NCBI GenBank assembly: GCA_958295495.1
Contig: OY282352.1
Coordinates: forward strand, 4,222,049 to 4,286,048
Source: an uncultured Latescibacterota bacterium
Lineage (GTDB): Bacteria > Latescibacterota > UBA2968 > UBA8231
DNA: 64,000 nt
Direction of reading: 5' to 3'
Part shown: piece by piece, positions 53,848 through 63,666 of the stretch
Numbering within the stretch: position 1 is the stretch's first letter
How the letters are laid out: every line of letters starts with the position of its first letter
The notes under the pieces: model-generated
What the model was told of the DNA's origin: nothing
Seen by the model: only the letters and a program-made list of their open reading frames with translations
The model's database searches: none
Made by a program: the position numbers and the translations under genes

Positions 53848-54987
53848 GTGAAAATTACCGGGATTAAATCCGCTATGATACAGGGTGTGCCCTGGACGTG
53901 GACGCTGGTCAAAGTCGAAACGGATGAGGGGATCTGCGGCATTGGCGAAGCGCAGTTGCCCATTGGCGTACGGGACATCCTCAGGAACATTGAAAAACTG
54001 CTCGTCGGCGAGGATCCCCGCCACCCGGTCCGGCTGGCGCAAAAGATCTACCGCGGACTGATCGGTGCCGGATCCACGGGGGGCAGTATTGTGCTGGCCT
54101 TGTCCGGGGTTGAACTGGCGCTGTGGGACCTGCACGGCAAGATCACGGGCCTGCCCTTGTGGCAGTTGCTCGGCGGCAAGTACCGGGACCGGGTGCGCAT
54201 CTACGCCGACACGGCCCGGCCCGGCGACCACTCGCCCGCAGCCTATGCCGACGGGGTGCGCCAGCGGGTAGAAGCCGGGTACACCGTCGTCAAGGTCGAT
54301 ATCGACAACAGTGCTCCAGGGGAATACCGCAAGGATCACCACAACCGCGCCCTGTCTAGGGCCGAGGTCGAGTACATGAGTGCCGTCAGCCACGCGGCCT
54401 ACGAGGCCCTGCCCGCCGACGTTGAGCTGTGTCTGGATATGCACTGGTGTTACCAGCCGACGGACGCGCTCCGGGTGGCCCGGAGGCTGGAGGACATCGA
54501 CATCCTGTGGCTCGAAGACCCAACCCCACCGGAAAATCTCGACGCCTTAAAGTACGTGACCGACCACACTTCCGTGCCCATCGCCTGTGGCGAAAATCAC
54601 TGGATGAGTCATGGACTCAGACCCATGATCGAAGACCGGGCCGCGGATATTATCACGCCCGATATCCCTCGCTTTGGCGGGGTACAGGAAGGCAAAAAGG
54701 TGGCCGAGTTGTGCGAGTTGCATTCGCTGGCCTTTGCGCCGCACAACATCTGCACGCCAGTGGGGACCGTAGCTTCGGCGCATGTGTGTGCCAACGCGCC
54801 GAATTTTCTAGCGCTGGAACACCACGGTCTCGACTGTCCATGGTGGGATGATATCGCGCTGGATTGGGGTGGTCCCGTAGTTGATCGCGGGTATATTATC
54901 GTGCCCGACCGGCCGGGGATCGGGGTGGAGTTAAACGAAGAGCTCCTACGTGCCCATCTGGTTCCCGGTGAAGTGTGGTGGGATTGA
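53848..54987 (+). CDS. Enolase-superfamily enzyme (MR/MLE; galactonate-dehydratase-like)
   Basis: GTG start with an AGGAG RBS. The product reads MKITGIKSAMIQGVPWTWTLVKVETDEGICGIGEA. It contains LALWDLHGKITGLPLWQLLGG, VVKVDID, LCLDMHW and LWLEDP. Confidence 0.85.
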   Translation: MKITGIKSAMIQGVPWTWTLVKVETDEGICGIGEAQLPIGVRDILRNIEKLLVGEDPRHPVRLAQKIYRGLIGAGSTGGSIVLALSGVELALWDLHGKITGLPLWQLLGGKYRDRVRIYADTARPGDHSPAAYADGVRQRVEAGYTVVKVDIDNSAPGEYRKDHHNRALSRAEVEYMSAVSHAAYEALPADVELCLDMHWCYQPTDALRVARRLEDIDILWLEDPTPPENLDALKYVTDHTSVPIACGENHWMSHGLRPMIEDRAADIITPDIPRFGGVQEGKKVAELCELHSLAFAPHNICTPVGTVASAHVCANAPNFLALEHHGLDCPWWDDIALDWGGPVVDRGYIIVPDRPGIGVELNEELLRAHLVPGEVWWD

Positions 54988-55158
54988 AGGGACGGGGAAT
55001 CGCGTTAGCAGTTCCAACCCAGTGCCTGAACAGGGGTTTGACCTCGGCGGGCAATTTTGCAAATACCCGCGCTGGTACTAGGGGCACTGTATTCTCTTCA
55101 AGGCCGCCCGCAGTGAGCCGCTTGCGCTCGTCGGAACCCGGCCGCAGGGAGTCCAAGT

Positions 55159-55512
55159 TTAGCCACCAAGGGGCCGTACCTTATCTCCTTCTCCCGACTT
55201 TCCCTCCAGCAACTGATGTTCTTTAGTCGTATCCGACGGGTCGCTCCAGTCCATTCTGGGAAATAGCTGCTGCTTCACCCACTGGCTTATTTTGACAAAG
55301 CACCATCGCTCGTAGATGCCCCAAGTTGGGTTGAGTGGAAGCCAGTCCACCAGTTTCGGTCCGGCGATGCCCCTTCGCAGCGCTTCCCAGCCAACACGCC
55401 AACACTGTGCATACAGCGGATGCGCTGCTACTGCGTTCAGTCCAGCAGCAGTCACTTCTGGCCGCGTCACGTCGCGGAATTCTCCTGTTGGATCCTCTCC
55501 CGAAGTGCCCAT
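55159..55512 (-). CDS. Hypothetical protein; possible fragment of a McrC/DUF2357-type PD-(D/E)xK nuclease
   Basis: LYAQCWRVGWEAL...NPTWGIYERWCFVKISQWV resembles the 'lYE.Wcf..i' segment of such nucleases. It is only 117 aa and lies in an A+T-richer stretch. Confidence 0.3.
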   Translation of the reverse strand: MGTSGEDPTGEFRDVTRPEVTAAGLNAVAAHPLYAQCWRVGWEALRRGIAGPKLVDWLPLNPTWGIYERWCFVKISQWVKQQLFPRMDWSDPSDTTKEHQLLEGKSGEGDKVRPLGG

Positions 55513-56099
55513 GGCAATCGCAACCTCCTACTCACGTTATCCCAGTCACCGGACCTGACGGGGCCGAGCACCTCCTCCAGTCGATCCAAGATTTTTCTGT
55601 GGCGAACCACCACAGAATCTCCTCTAATATCAATATCCATGTTTTTTGCTAGGCGACATAATTCTCCCTCACTAGCGAGACATGTGAAGTTTTCAGGAAA
55701 GAGCGCCGCCAAGGCACGGTACGTGACAAGTTTAGGCCGCTTAGGGGGAATCGAAGAGAATCTGGTCACGCGTTCCAACAAACGGTTTTTGAACTCGCAC
55801 AGCGGCTCGGTACGATCTTGGCTTTCTAACGAACGAATCTCATCGTACTTGGCGTAGAACCAATCGAGAAATCCATCGTCTTGGATTAGCCTGTGAACTT
55901 CAACTTGAGGAGCCTGGCCGCCAGCAAAACAAATTGGGTTGCACCTCCAGCGCCAGAGACGCTTTTGGTATTTCTCACTGAAAAAGCATTTACGCGATGC
56001 GTTGGCAACTTCCTCGACGAAGGTTCTTGTTTTTTCCGAGTCAAAATCTACTGATTCGCATGCACGGCGTAAGCCATCATCCGTCCTCAGATCAACCAT
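55467..56099 (-). CDS. Hypothetical protein; resembles the N-terminal (non-ATPase) region of McrB-like restriction GTPases
   Basis: KRPKLVTYRALAALFPENFTCLASEGELCRLAKNMDI..VVVRHRKILDRLEEVLG pattern. No P-loop is present anywhere in the ORF. Confidence 0.3.
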   Translation of the reverse strand: MVDLRTDDGLRRACESVDFDSEKTRTFVEEVANASRKCFFSEKYQKRLWRWRCNPICFAGGQAPQVEVHRLIQDDGFLDWFYAKYDEIRSLESQDRTEPLCEFKNRLLERVTRFSSIPPKRPKLVTYRALAALFPENFTCLASEGELCRLAKNMDIDIRGDSVVVRHRKILDRLEEVLGPVRSGDWDNVSRRLRLPWALRERIQQENSAT

Positions 56100-56264
56100 T
56101 CCTACCCTCCGTTATTTTTTGGGTTGTAGAGTGTCATTTCGCGGAGACCCTCGCGAGCAAGGTACTGCTAGCCGGATATGCTTGCGAGCTATGGGACGCC
56201 CGCGCTACCCTAAGGCGGGTCGCCAGATTAAGTTCGGGTATCTGGGACATACAATTTTACGCCC

Positions 56265-57128
56265 TTACTCGTCCCACTTTTCCCGTTCCCACTGCTTTTG
56301 CCCAATCCGCTCGACGTATGCCTCCCCCTTGTGCTCGGTCAGCCATCCCTTGAGGGGAACGTCGTCGTCTGTTGGCTGCCACCAGCCTTTGACGTCCACC
56401 CCATCGCCGAGCAATTGCCGGCGTATGGGGCTGCACTTGGCGAGGATTTCAGCGGGCATCAGGTTGTAGTCGAGGCCGCGCAGCCAGCGATAGCTATACC
56501 CCAAAAACAACACTTTCCGGGTCGTCTCCGAGGTATTAATCCCCCGCGCATGCCACATCCGTCGGTCGAACAGCACGGCCGTTCCCGCCTGCACCTGCAC
56601 CTGCATCGCATCGGCAAAATCGGGCGGATGGTCCCGCTTGTGGCTTGCGGGGACAATCCTAATCCCCCCTCTATCCGGCTCGCTAATGTCGGTCAGCCAG
56701 AATCCGACCTTTAGCGACAACCTCGGTTGGGGACGCTCCATTTCGGGGACCGGCCGGCCGCCGTCTTGGTGCCATCCTCCCGGCTTCAGATTGACGCTAT
56801 TCTTGGATTCGGGCGGGTAGTAGATCAAGTGCGAGATATAGTGCTGGACGTTCCAGCCGAGAATATCCCAGATCAGGGGGAAGGTCTTGGGCCAATCGAG
56901 CAGTTCGAGAAAAACGTCATCCTCGACAATAGTCCTGAACCTCGCCATCAGGGCATTGGGTGCCAAGCCACGCGCGGCCCTTTCCTCGGCATCGACGCGA
57001 TCGCCGGCCTCCAGCAGCCTGCCCAGCATGTCATCGTCGAGCGCATCCTCGACGATCAAGTATCCCTGCTGTTCAAAATGATCGCGCTGGGTGTCGGTCA
57101 TGCAGAACTGCAAGCAGCTTGGGTCCAC
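56265..57128 (-). CDS. Phytanoyl-CoA dioxygenase (PhyH) family Fe(II)/2-oxoglutarate oxygenase
   Basis: FEQQGYLIVEDAL, GGWHQDGG (H-x-D) and MWHARGIN (distal His). GTG 57128 has a GAGAGG RBS; the alternative start is ATG 57101. Confidence 0.85.
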   Translation of the reverse strand: MDPSCLQFCMTDTQRDHFEQQGYLIVEDALDDDMLGRLLEAGDRVDAEERAARGLAPNALMARFRTIVEDDVFLELLDWPKTFPLIWDILGWNVQHYISHLIYYPPESKNSVNLKPGGWHQDGGRPVPEMERPQPRLSLKVGFWLTDISEPDRGGIRIVPASHKRDHPPDFADAMQVQVQAGTAVLFDRRMWHARGINTSETTRKVLFLGYSYRWLRGLDYNLMPAEILAKCSPIRRQLLGDGVDVKGWWQPTDDDVPLKGWLTEHKGEAYVERIGQKQWEREKWDE

Positions 57129-57146
57129 GAGTATTACCTCTCTGAT

Positions 57147-57308
57147 TTAGTACAGCCGATTTCGCGCTTGCCAATGTAGGAATCTCGTGCCGCCATACGG
57201 AATTGCCGCCGGAATATGAGCGGTGAACCAAGCTGACACAGCTTCGTGATCGGCGTGATTCTCGTCGAGTAAGGCGATCAGCACATTGACGTCGAGCAAC
57301 GCTCTCAC
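57147..57308 (-). pseudogene. vapC: VapC (PIN) toxin, truncated to 53 codons
   Basis: Hand translation from GTG 57308: VRALLDVNVLIALLDENHADHEAVSAWFTAH.. (canonical VapC N-terminus), then a stop at 57147-57149. It abuts the PhyH gene. The remaining ~80 residues of a PIN domain are absent. Confidence 0.6.
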
Positions 57309-57311
57309 GAA

Positions 57312-57524
57312 TCAAATCCCCAACTCTTCGCGCAACTCATTGACAAGCTCGTTTGTGATGGTGTAGCCGCCTGCTGGTATGGGCTTGAAGCCATACATAT
57401 CCCGCTTAGGCTTACCCGCAACTTCGGATTTCACCCGTGCTGCCAGTGCTTCGCGCATGAGTTCCGACACGAGCTTCCCGGCCGTCTTCTGGTCGCGCTT
57501 GGCGAGTTCGAGGGTGGTGCGCAT
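57312..57524 (-). CDS. vapB: VapB-type antitoxin
   Basis: MRTTLEL...KTAGKLVSELMREAL...GFKPIPAGGYTITNELVNELREE matches the MRTTLDLDD-type VapB family. It lies immediately upstream of the truncated VapC. Confidence 0.6.
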   Translation of the reverse strand: MRTTLELAKRDQKTAGKLVSELMREALAARVKSEVAGKPKRDMYGFKPIPAGGYTITNELVNELREELGI

Positions 57525-57582
57525 TGGGTGCCCCCCTCCGAGATGAGATCACTGACGTTACGCAGTTTTTAGCCTTTGTAGT

Positions 57583-57852
57583 TCATCGAAGGCGCATCGA
57601 ATGGCCTTGAGATAGCGTCGCGACCGCAACGCAACGTGATTGCGTCGATGTTTGATCCGCAAGCTCTCCAAGCGACCGGCCGCATAAATAGCCATAAAAC
57701 AGTGATTGCTTTGCGTGCGTTCGCGCTTGGTCGGCGACCCCAAACGAACGGAGCAGATAATCGCTATATAAGGCTAAGAATTGTTGGTCCATACCGGAAA
57801 GATAACCGAAAAGGATGAACTGCGTAACGTCAGTAACATCAGTAAGGCACAA
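57583..57852 (-). pseudogene. Possible IS701-like transposase N-terminal remnant
   Basis: FLALYSDYLLRSFG resembles the conserved N-terminus of IS701-family transposases. The rest is not readable in any single frame. Confidence 0.2.
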
Positions 57853-57855
57853 CCT

Positions 57856-60800
57856 TTATCGCAGCAGGACGAGCTTGCGCGTCAAAACGCCCTCGGCGGT
57901 CACCAGTCTGTACAGGTACATGCCGCTGGCCAAGGGGCGGCCCTCGGCGTCGCGGGCATTCCAGTGGAAGCGGTGGTAGCCCGCCTGCTGCGGCCCCTCG
58001 CGCAACACCGCCACCCGTTGCCCGGTCACGGTGAACACTTCTAGACGCGCTGGACCAGATTTCGGCAAAAAGTAGGGGAGGATGGTCTGGCTGTTGAACG
58101 GATTGGGCGCGTTTTGCTGCAACTGGGGTTCGGTGGGCAGACCGCTCAACGCCTTGGCCGCGACGGCGTCCGTCGTCCCCATCGACTCGGATACATCCCA
58201 CAGCAGAACCGTGTAATCCGCTGACCCGGACGCCAGGCGCGTCCCATCCGGCGAAAAAGACACCGAACGGACCCAATCCGTATGCCCTTCAAGGGTGGCA
58301 ATGGGTGCGCCGGTTGCCACGTTCCACAGCCGCACCGTGCCATCCGTTGACCCGGACGCCAGGCGCGTCCCATCCGGCGAAAAAGACACCGAACGGACCC
58401 CACCCGTATGCCCTCTCAGGGTGGCAATCACGTCGCCGGTTGCCACGCTCGTATGCCGTTCAGCGGTGAAGATATTTCGTCCCGTCGTCACCTCCCACAG
58501 CCGCACCGTGTTATCCCAAGACCCGGACGCCAGGCGCGTCCCATCTGGCGAAAACGAAACCGATAAGACCCCAGCCGTATGCCCTTCAAGGGTAGCAATC
58601 AGTTCGCCGTTTTCCGCGTTCCACAGCCGCACCGTGTCATCTGATGACCCGGACGCCAGTAGCGTCCCATCCGGCGAAAATGACACCGAATTGACATCAC
58701 TCCTATGCCCCAGGGTGGCGATCTCTTCGCCGGTTGCTACGCTCCACAGCCGCACCGTGTTATCCCAAGACCCAGACGCCAAGCGCGTCCCATCCGGCGA
58801 AAATGACACCGATAAGACCGACTCCGTATGCCCTCTCAGGGTGGCAATCACGTCGCCGGTTTCCGCGTTCCACAGTCGCACCGTGTTATTCTCAGACCCG
58901 GACGCCAAGCGCGTCCCATCCGGCGAAAATGACACCGAATTGACATCACTCGGCCCTGTCAGGGTGGCAATCGCTTCGTCGGTTGCCACGCTCCACAGCC
59001 GCACCGTGCCATCCGCTGACTCGGACACCAGCAGCCTACCATCCGGCGAAAACGACGTCGAATAGACCTGCCCTGTCAGGGTGGCGATCGGTTCTCCGTT
59101 TTCCGCGTTCCACAGCCGCACCGTGTACCTTGACCTGGACACCAGCCGCGTCCCATCCGGCGAAAATGACACCGATAAGACCGAACCTCCATGCTCTTCA
59201 AGGGTAGCAATCAGTTCGCCGGTTGCCGCGTTCCACAGCCGCACCGTGTTATCCTCTGACCCGGACGCCAGGCGCGTCCCATCTGGCGAAAATGACACCG
59301 AAAAGACCGAACGCGTATGCCCTGTCAGGGTGGCGATCTCTTCTCTTGTCGCCACCTCCCATAGCTTCACCGTGCCATCCCCGAACCCGGACGCCAAGCG
59401 CGTCCCATCTGGCGAAAATGACACCGAACGGACCGAACCTCCATGCTCTTCAAGCGTGGCGATCTCTTCGCCGGTTGCCGCGTTCCACAGCCGCACCGCG
59501 GCCCCTGACCCGGACGCCAGTAGCGTCCCATCCGGTGAAAACGACGCCGAAAAGACCTCATCCTCATCCCCTCTCAGGGTGGCAATCGCTTCGCCGTTAG
59601 CGGCGTTCCACAGCCGCACCGTGTTATCATCAGACCTAGACACCAGCCACGTCCCATCCGGCAAAAATGACACCGAAGTGACATCCCTCGTATGCCCTGT
59701 CAGGGTGGCGATCTCTTCGCCGGTTGCTACGCTCCACAGCCGCACCGTGTTATCCTCTGACCCGGACGCCAAGCGCGTCCCATCCGGCGAAAACGAAACC
59801 GAATTGACATAACTCCTATGCCCTTTAAGGGTGGCAATGGGTTCGCCGTTTGCCGCGTTCCACAGCCGCACCGTGCCATCCGTTGACCCGGACGCCAGTA
59901 GCGTCCCATCCGGCGAAAACGAAAACGAAGAGACCAGAGCCGCAGAGGGTAGCAGCGCAACTTCACGAGATGTCGCCACATCGTAGAGCCATATACCTAT
60001 GTTACTTGCCACCGCGAGGTGTTGACCATCCGGCGAAAATGCGGCGCTCCTACCACTAAGCTGGCCTTTTCCCAACCGCATGATTACGCCATCGGGTACA
60101 TGCCACGTCCGGTAATCACCCACCATGCTGATTAGCGCACCTGGCGTTTCAACCCCCACCGCACTAAACATCCCCTCACGCACACCGAGCGATACCCCAA
60201 CAGTGTTTGTTCCCAGAAGGGGACTAAGAGTCAGGATAGCCTCTGCCCGGCCATTGGCATCGGTCCTTACATGCACAACCGACTGCCCATTGAACTTCCC
60301 ATACCCGGCGGGGACCGCAAAGGTGACTTGAACACCTGATAAGGGATTACCATCTTGGTCTCTCACTTCAACGACTAAGGGGTTGGCCAAGGCCGTCCCG
60401 GACCTGCCCTCCTGTTCGTCGCCGGAGACTTTCACCAACTCGGCAGGACGGGGGTCCATCCACTCGGACCCATGCCACAGCCGCACCGTGCCATCCGTTG
60501 ACCCGGACGCCAGTAGCGTCCCATCCGGCGAAAACGACACCGATAAGACCGACTTCGTATGCCCTTCAAGGGTGGCAATGGGTGCGCCGGTTGCCGCGTT
60601 CCACAGCCGCACCGTGCCATCCGTTGACCCGGACGCCAGTAGCGTCCCATCCGGCGAAAACGACACCGATAAGACCGACTTCGTATGCCCTTCAAGGGTG
60701 GCAATGGGTGCGCCGGTTGCCGCGTTCCACAGCCGCACCGTGTCATCCGTTGACCCGGACGCCAGTAGCGTCCCATCCGGCGAAAACGACACCGATAAGA

Positions 60801-62757
60801 CCGACTCCGTATGCCCTTCAAGGGTGGCAATGGGTGCGCCGGTTGCCGCGTTCCACAGCCGCACCGTGCCATCCGTTGACCCGGACGCCAGTAGCGTCCC
60901 ATCCGGCGAAAACGACACCGATAAGACCGACTTCGTATGCCCTTCAAGGGTGGCAATGGGTGCGCCGGTTGCCGCGTTCCACAGCCGCACCGTGTCATCC
61001 GTTGACCCGGACGCCAGTAGCGTCCCATCCGGCGAAAACGACACCGATAAGACATCATCCGTATGCCCTTCAAGGGTGGCAATGGGTGCGCCGGTTGCCG
61101 CGTTCCACAGCCGCACCGTGCCATCCGTTGACCCGGACGCCAGTAGCGTCCCATCCGGCGAAAACGACACCGATAAGACCGACTTCGTATGCCCTTTCAG
61201 GGTTGCCGCGTTCCACAGCCGCACCGTGCCATCCGTTGACCCGGACGCCAGTAGCGTCCCATCCGGCGAAAACGACACCGCTAAGACATCATCCGTATGC
61301 CCTTCAAGGGTGGCAATGGGTGCGCCGGTTCTGTCTGGCACTGGCGGCGTTCCAACCCCCACCGCACTAAACGTCACCAACTCACGCACACCGAGTCCGA
61401 GTGATACTCCAACAGTGTTTGTTCCCAGAAGGGGACTAAGAGTCAGGATAGCCTCTGCCCGGCCATTGGCATCGGTCCTTACATGCACAACCGTGGACTG
61501 CCCATTGAGCCTCCCATACCCGGCGGTGACCGTAAAGGTGACTTGAACACCTGATAAGAGTAAGGGATTACCATCTTGGTCTCTCACTTCAACGGCCAGG
61601 GGGTTGGCCAAGGCCGTCCCGGACCTGCCCTCCTGTTCGTCGCCGGAGACTTTCACCAACTCGGTAAGACGGGGGGGTCCCATCCACTCGGACTCATGCC
61701 ACAGCCGCACCGTGGTATCATAATAAGACCCGGACGCCAGTAGCGTCCCATCCGGCGAAAACGACGCCGAATTGACCGAATTCGTATGCCTCAGGGTGGC
61801 AATGGGTTCGCCGTTTGCCGCGTTCCACAGCCGCACCGTGGTATCATAAGACCTGGACGCCAGTAGCGTCCCATCCGGCGAAAACAACACCGAATAGACC
61901 TCATCCGTATGCCCTGTCAGGGTGGCAATGAGTTCGCCGGTTGCCGCGTTCCACAGCCGCACCGTGTCATCATGAGACCCGGACGCCAGTAGCGGCCCAT
62001 CCGGCGAAAAAGACACCGAATAGACCGAACGCGTATGCCCTTCAAGGGTGGCAATGGGTTCGCCGGTTGCCGCGTTCCACAGCCGCACCGTCTCATCTGA
62101 TGACCCGGACGCCAGTAGCGTCCCATCCGGCGAAAATGACACCGAATAGACCGAACGCGTATGCCCTGTCAGGGTGGCAATGAGTTCGCCGTTTGCCGCG
62201 TTCCACAGCCGCACCGTCTCATCTGATGACCCGGACGCCAGTAGCGTCCCATCCGGCGAAAACAACACCGAATTGACATGACTCCTATGCCCTGTCAGGG
62301 TGGCAATGAGTTCGCCGTTTGCCGCGTTCCACAGCCGCACCGTGTTATCCCAAGACCCGGACGCCAAGCGCGTCCCATCCGGCGAAAACAACACCGATAA
62401 GACCCTATCCGTATGCCCTGTCAGGGTGGCAATGAGTTCGCCGTTTGCCGCGTTCCACAGCCGCACCGTCTCATCTGATGACCCGGACGCCAGTAGCGTC
62501 CCATCCGGCGAAAATGACACCGAATAGACCGACCCCGTATGCCCTGTCAGGGTGGCAATGGGTTCGCCGGTTGCCGCGTTCCACAGCCGCACCGTGCGAT
62601 CCTGAGACCCGGACGCCAGTAGCGTCCCATCCGGCGAAAATGACACCGAACCGACCGGCTCCGTATGCCCTTCAAGCGTGTCCTGAGCGCGGCTGTCCTG
62701 CACCAACAGAACCACGACCAACAAGGGGACGAGATTGAACAATAAAGGCTGTTTCAT
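57856..62757 (-). CDS. Secreted giant WD40-repeat protein (about 30 WD units in blocks of 8, 7 and 15; two Ig-like domains; C-terminal T9SS/FlgD-Ig-like sorting domain)
   Basis: Signal peptide [24 protein letters not shown]. The unit [41 protein letters not shown] is repeated about 30 times. Two copies of [36 protein letters not shown] (Big-like) are present. The C-terminus reads [34 protein letters not shown]...[22 protein letters not shown]. Confidence 0.9.
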   Translation of the reverse strand: MKQPLLFNLVPLLVVVLLVQDSRAQDTLEGHTEPVGSVSFSPDGTLLASGSQDRTVRLWNAATGEPIATLTGHTGSVYSVSFSPDGTLLASGSSDETVRLWNAANGELIATLTGHTDRVLSVLFSPDGTRLASGSWDNTVRLWNAANGELIATLTGHRSHVNSVLFSPDGTLLASGSSDETVRLWNAANGELIATLTGHTRSVYSVSFSPDGTLLASGSSDETVRLWNAATGEPIATLEGHTRSVYSVSFSPDGPLLASGSHDDTVRLWNAATGELIATLTGHTDEVYSVLFSPDGTLLASRSYDTTVRLWNAANGEPIATLRHTNSVNSASFSPDGTLLASGSYYDTTVRLWHESEWMGPPRLTELVKVSGDEQEGRSGTALANPLAVEVRDQDGNPLLLSGVQVTFTVTAGYGRLNGQSTVVHVRTDANGRAEAILTLSPLLGTNTVGVSLGLGVRELVTFSAVGVGTPPVPDRTGAPIATLEGHTDDVLAVSFSPDGTLLASGSTDGTVRLWNAATLKGHTKSVLSVSFSPDGTLLASGSTDGTVRLWNAATGAPIATLEGHTDDVLSVSFSPDGTLLASGSTDDTVRLWNAATGAPIATLEGHTKSVLSVSFSPDGTLLASGSTDGTVRLWNAATGAPIATLEGHTESVLSVSFSPDGTLLASGSTDDTVRLWNAATGAPIATLEGHTKSVLSVSFSPDGTLLASGSTDGTVRLWNAATGAPIATLEGHTKSVLSVSFSPDGTLLASGSTDGTVRLWHGSEWMDPRPAELVKVSGDEQEGRSGTALANPLVVEVRDQDGNPLSGVQVTFAVPAGYGKFNGQSVVHVRTDANGRAEAILTLSPLLGTNTVGVSLGVREGMFSAVGVETPGALISMVGDYRTWHVPDGVIMRLGKGQLSGRSAAFSPDGQHLAVASNIGIWLYDVATSREVALLPSAALVSSFSFSPDGTLLASGSTDGTVRLWNAANGEPIATLKGHRSYVNSVSFSPDGTRLASGSEDNTVRLWSVATGEEIATLTGHTRDVTSVSFLPDGTWLVSRSDDNTVRLWNAANGEAIATLRGDEDEVFSASFSPDGTLLASGSGAAVRLWNAATGEEIATLEEHGGSVRSVSFSPDGTRLASGFGDGTVKLWEVATREEIATLTGHTRSVFSVSFSPDGTRLASGSEDNTVRLWNAATGELIATLEEHGGSVLSVSFSPDGTRLVSRSRYTVRLWNAENGEPIATLTGQVYSTSFSPDGRLLVSESADGTVRLWSVATDEAIATLTGPSDVNSVSFSPDGTRLASGSENNTVRLWNAETGDVIATLRGHTESVLSVSFSPDGTRLASGSWDNTVRLWSVATGEEIATLGHRSDVNSVSFSPDGTLLASGSSDDTVRLWNAENGELIATLEGHTAGVLSVSFSPDGTRLASGSWDNTVRLWEVTTGRNIFTAERHTSVATGDVIATLRGHTGGVRSVSFSPDGTRLASGSTDGTVRLWNVATGAPIATLEGHTDWVRSVSFSPDGTRLASGSADYTVLLWDVSESMGTTDAVAAKALSGLPTEPQLQQNAPNPFNSQTILPYFLPKSGPARLEVFTVTGQRVAVLREGPQQAGYHRFHWNARDAEGRPLASGMYLYRLVTAEGVLTRKLVLLR
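60475..61338 (-). repeat. Near-identical tandem array inside the WD40 gene: 126-bp period, 7 units (one unit 108 bp)
   Basis: The landmark CCACAGCCGCACCGTG recurs at 60475, 60601, 60727, 60853, 60979, 61105 and 61213. Units differ by only a few substitutions. Confidence 0.9.
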
Positions 62758-62883
62758 CTAAAGACTCTCCTTCGGTTGAATACTGTTTTTTAATGACTTA
62801 CGAAATATGGAATCAGCAATGACTCCAAGCACCCAACAGGGCCTGGCCACCGCAGCAAGGCCCCTGTCTGATATGGAATGCTC

Positions 62884-62911
62884 AACATACGCCATAAAAA
62901 CAACGCGTCAA
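62884..62911 (-). promoter_or_regulatory. Candidate promoter of the WD40 gene
   Basis: On the minus strand: TTGACG (62911-62906), a 16-nt spacer, then TATGTT (62889-62884), about 125 nt upstream of ATG 62757. Confidence 0.3.
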
Positions 62912-63323
62912 GAAAATTTACGCTTGCTTGTATAAGAGCCTGCTGCAAGCCCACCTTGAGGCGTATTCAGCCGCGGTCAGGTCTGCACCCACGCGATGGC
63001 TCTCGGCATGTTCAGACCAACGGTTTCGTCAAATGGTCCATCGCCGAGTTTAGCCTGTTGGCCACTAGAGCGCGACCCCGCCGCAGACGGAAATGCGTTA
63101 GCCGATGCCCAGCGCCGCGTCGATTTCGGCTTGGTACGCATAATTGGCCGTGCTCGAGGAGCCGCGACAGCACGAGGCGAGCAGGCCGATTGTCCACCTC
63201 ATCTTCACCGCTCCTCAACTGGTGCCGAATTGGCTGCTGATCCATCCTGTAGAGCGGGAATCGTTCCGGCCTCCCTCGATAGGGCAAGAGGCCTAGGTGC
63301 TTACGACGAGCGGGACCTGCCAA

Positions 63324-63632
63324 TCAGGTGGCCGCTGGCACTCCCTTGGCCCACAACGTCAAGCGAAGTTCATCGCCGAATAGCTCGTACTTTGGGCGTC
63401 GGCCTGAGTGCGCTTCGCCATCCTCCAGAATTTTTCGCACCCCTTCGCCGCGCGATTCGAGGAATACCTGCCCGGTGCGCTTGCTGCGAATCCGCGACAG
63501 GAAGCGCACCAAGAGCTGATTGCGGGTGAACGTGCGGTAGGCCATATCGTCGATCGCGATGGGGTTGGGCAACTTGCCGGGGCTATACAACTTCAGCCGG
63601 TCGGCAAACACCGGGCCGGCGAAAGCAGGCAT
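63324..63632 (-). pseudogene. C-terminal fragment of an AlbA_2/HATPase_c_4 (RecG-like putative DNA-binding ATPase) gene
   Basis: VFADRLKLYSPGKLPNPIAIDDM..TFTRNQLLVRFL...FLESRGEGVRKILE matches the HATPase_c_4 tail pattern (DR.ei.SPG.Lp...RNp.la..l..iE..GsGi.ri). No N-terminal body is present. The downstream wHTH part (63012-63323) is degenerate. Confidence 0.45.
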
Positions 63633-63666
63633 CTAGGCAAGGCCCGTTTGAGGCTAGGGCGCTGGA

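Noticed and set aside
60432-61370. Long periodic ORFs in alternative frames of the WD40 repeat region, such as [12 protein letters not shown].. and [18 protein letters not shown].. repeats.
   Set aside because: Their periodicity simply mirrors the 126-bp WD40 units. The WD40 frame gives a canonical repeat protein with a signal peptide and sorting domain. The others are by-products of repeat DNA lacking stops.
57856-62757. Regular short-period repetition, considered as a possible CRISPR-like or satellite array.
   Set aside because: The period is 126 bp (42 codons) with no unique spacers and is fully in-frame within one 1633-aa ORF. It encodes WD40 blades, so it is not a CRISPR array.
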